Below the pieces are notes generated by a model. It was not told the origin of the DNA, searched no databases, and was given only the letters and a program-made list of their open reading frames with translations. Shown here in pieces: positions 31,951 to 32,000 of a stretch of DNA of 32,000 nucleotides. The stretch is from Kineococcus radiotolerans SRS30216 = ATCC BAA-149 (lineage in GTDB: Bacteria; Actinomycetota; Actinomycetes; Actinomycetales; Kineococcaceae). The translations under genes were made by a program, and so were the position numbers. The stretch lies in the NCBI RefSeq assembly GCF_000017305.1, contig NC_009664.2, positions 1,980,001 to 2,012,000 on the forward strand. Direction: 5' to 3'. The stretch's first letter is position 1. The number at the start of each line of letters is the position of its first letter.

Positions 31951-32000
31951 ATGAGCACACCGAGCAGCACCGCTGCCAATCACACCAAGGTGGGGCCCGA
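31951..32000 (+). CDS. Start of next gene, probably the ABC permease (3' end outside window)
   Basis: ATG 31951 lies 9 nt after GGAGGA, and the frame is open to the window end. The product assignment rests on operon context only. Confidence 0.4.
   Translation, partial: MSTPSSTAANHTKVGP

Overview
Very GC-rich, densely coded actinobacterial-type chromosome segment; third codon positions are almost all G/C. My unverified guess is a motile high-GC actinomycete, Kineococcus-like. All domain calls come from reading motifs by eye; no searches were run.

Left to right:
1. A translationally coupled + strand operon (1-4922): histidine-kinase C-terminus, stand-alone receiver, a receiver / degenerate-GGDEF / transmembrane / processive-GT2 synthase fusion, an Hpt protein and an acyltransferase-3 protein.
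2. tRNA-Ser(UGA), a small hypothetical, a Ppm1-type polyprenol-phosphate mannosyltransferase, a PhnB/VOC protein and a GAF-like/EAL protein.
3. A minus-strand cheB-cheR-cheY-cheX-(REC-CheX-like) operon.
4. A ycnI copper-protein operon plus two poorly characterised genes.
5. Minus-strand cheA-cheW.
6. Directly upstream, a four-gene conservon (cvnA-D: NIT/HAMP/HATPase sensor, Roadblock/LC7, DUF742, small GTPase).
7. A MobA-like protein, quinone oxidoreductase, GH15 hydrolase, Hsp20, aldo-keto reductase, SorC regulator and a polyol-type ABC binding protein.

Two signals stand out:
- (a) A split His-Asp-His-Asp relay that appears to terminate on a membrane polysaccharide synthase.
- (b) The same bipartite motif, TCAG-N15-GCCGATG(G/A), which is sigma-28/FliA/WhiG-like. 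It lies upstream of cheB, cheA and the conservon, and implies that the conservon G-protein module belongs to the motility/chemotaxis regulon.

No MCP, CRISPR array, transposase or integrase was seen.
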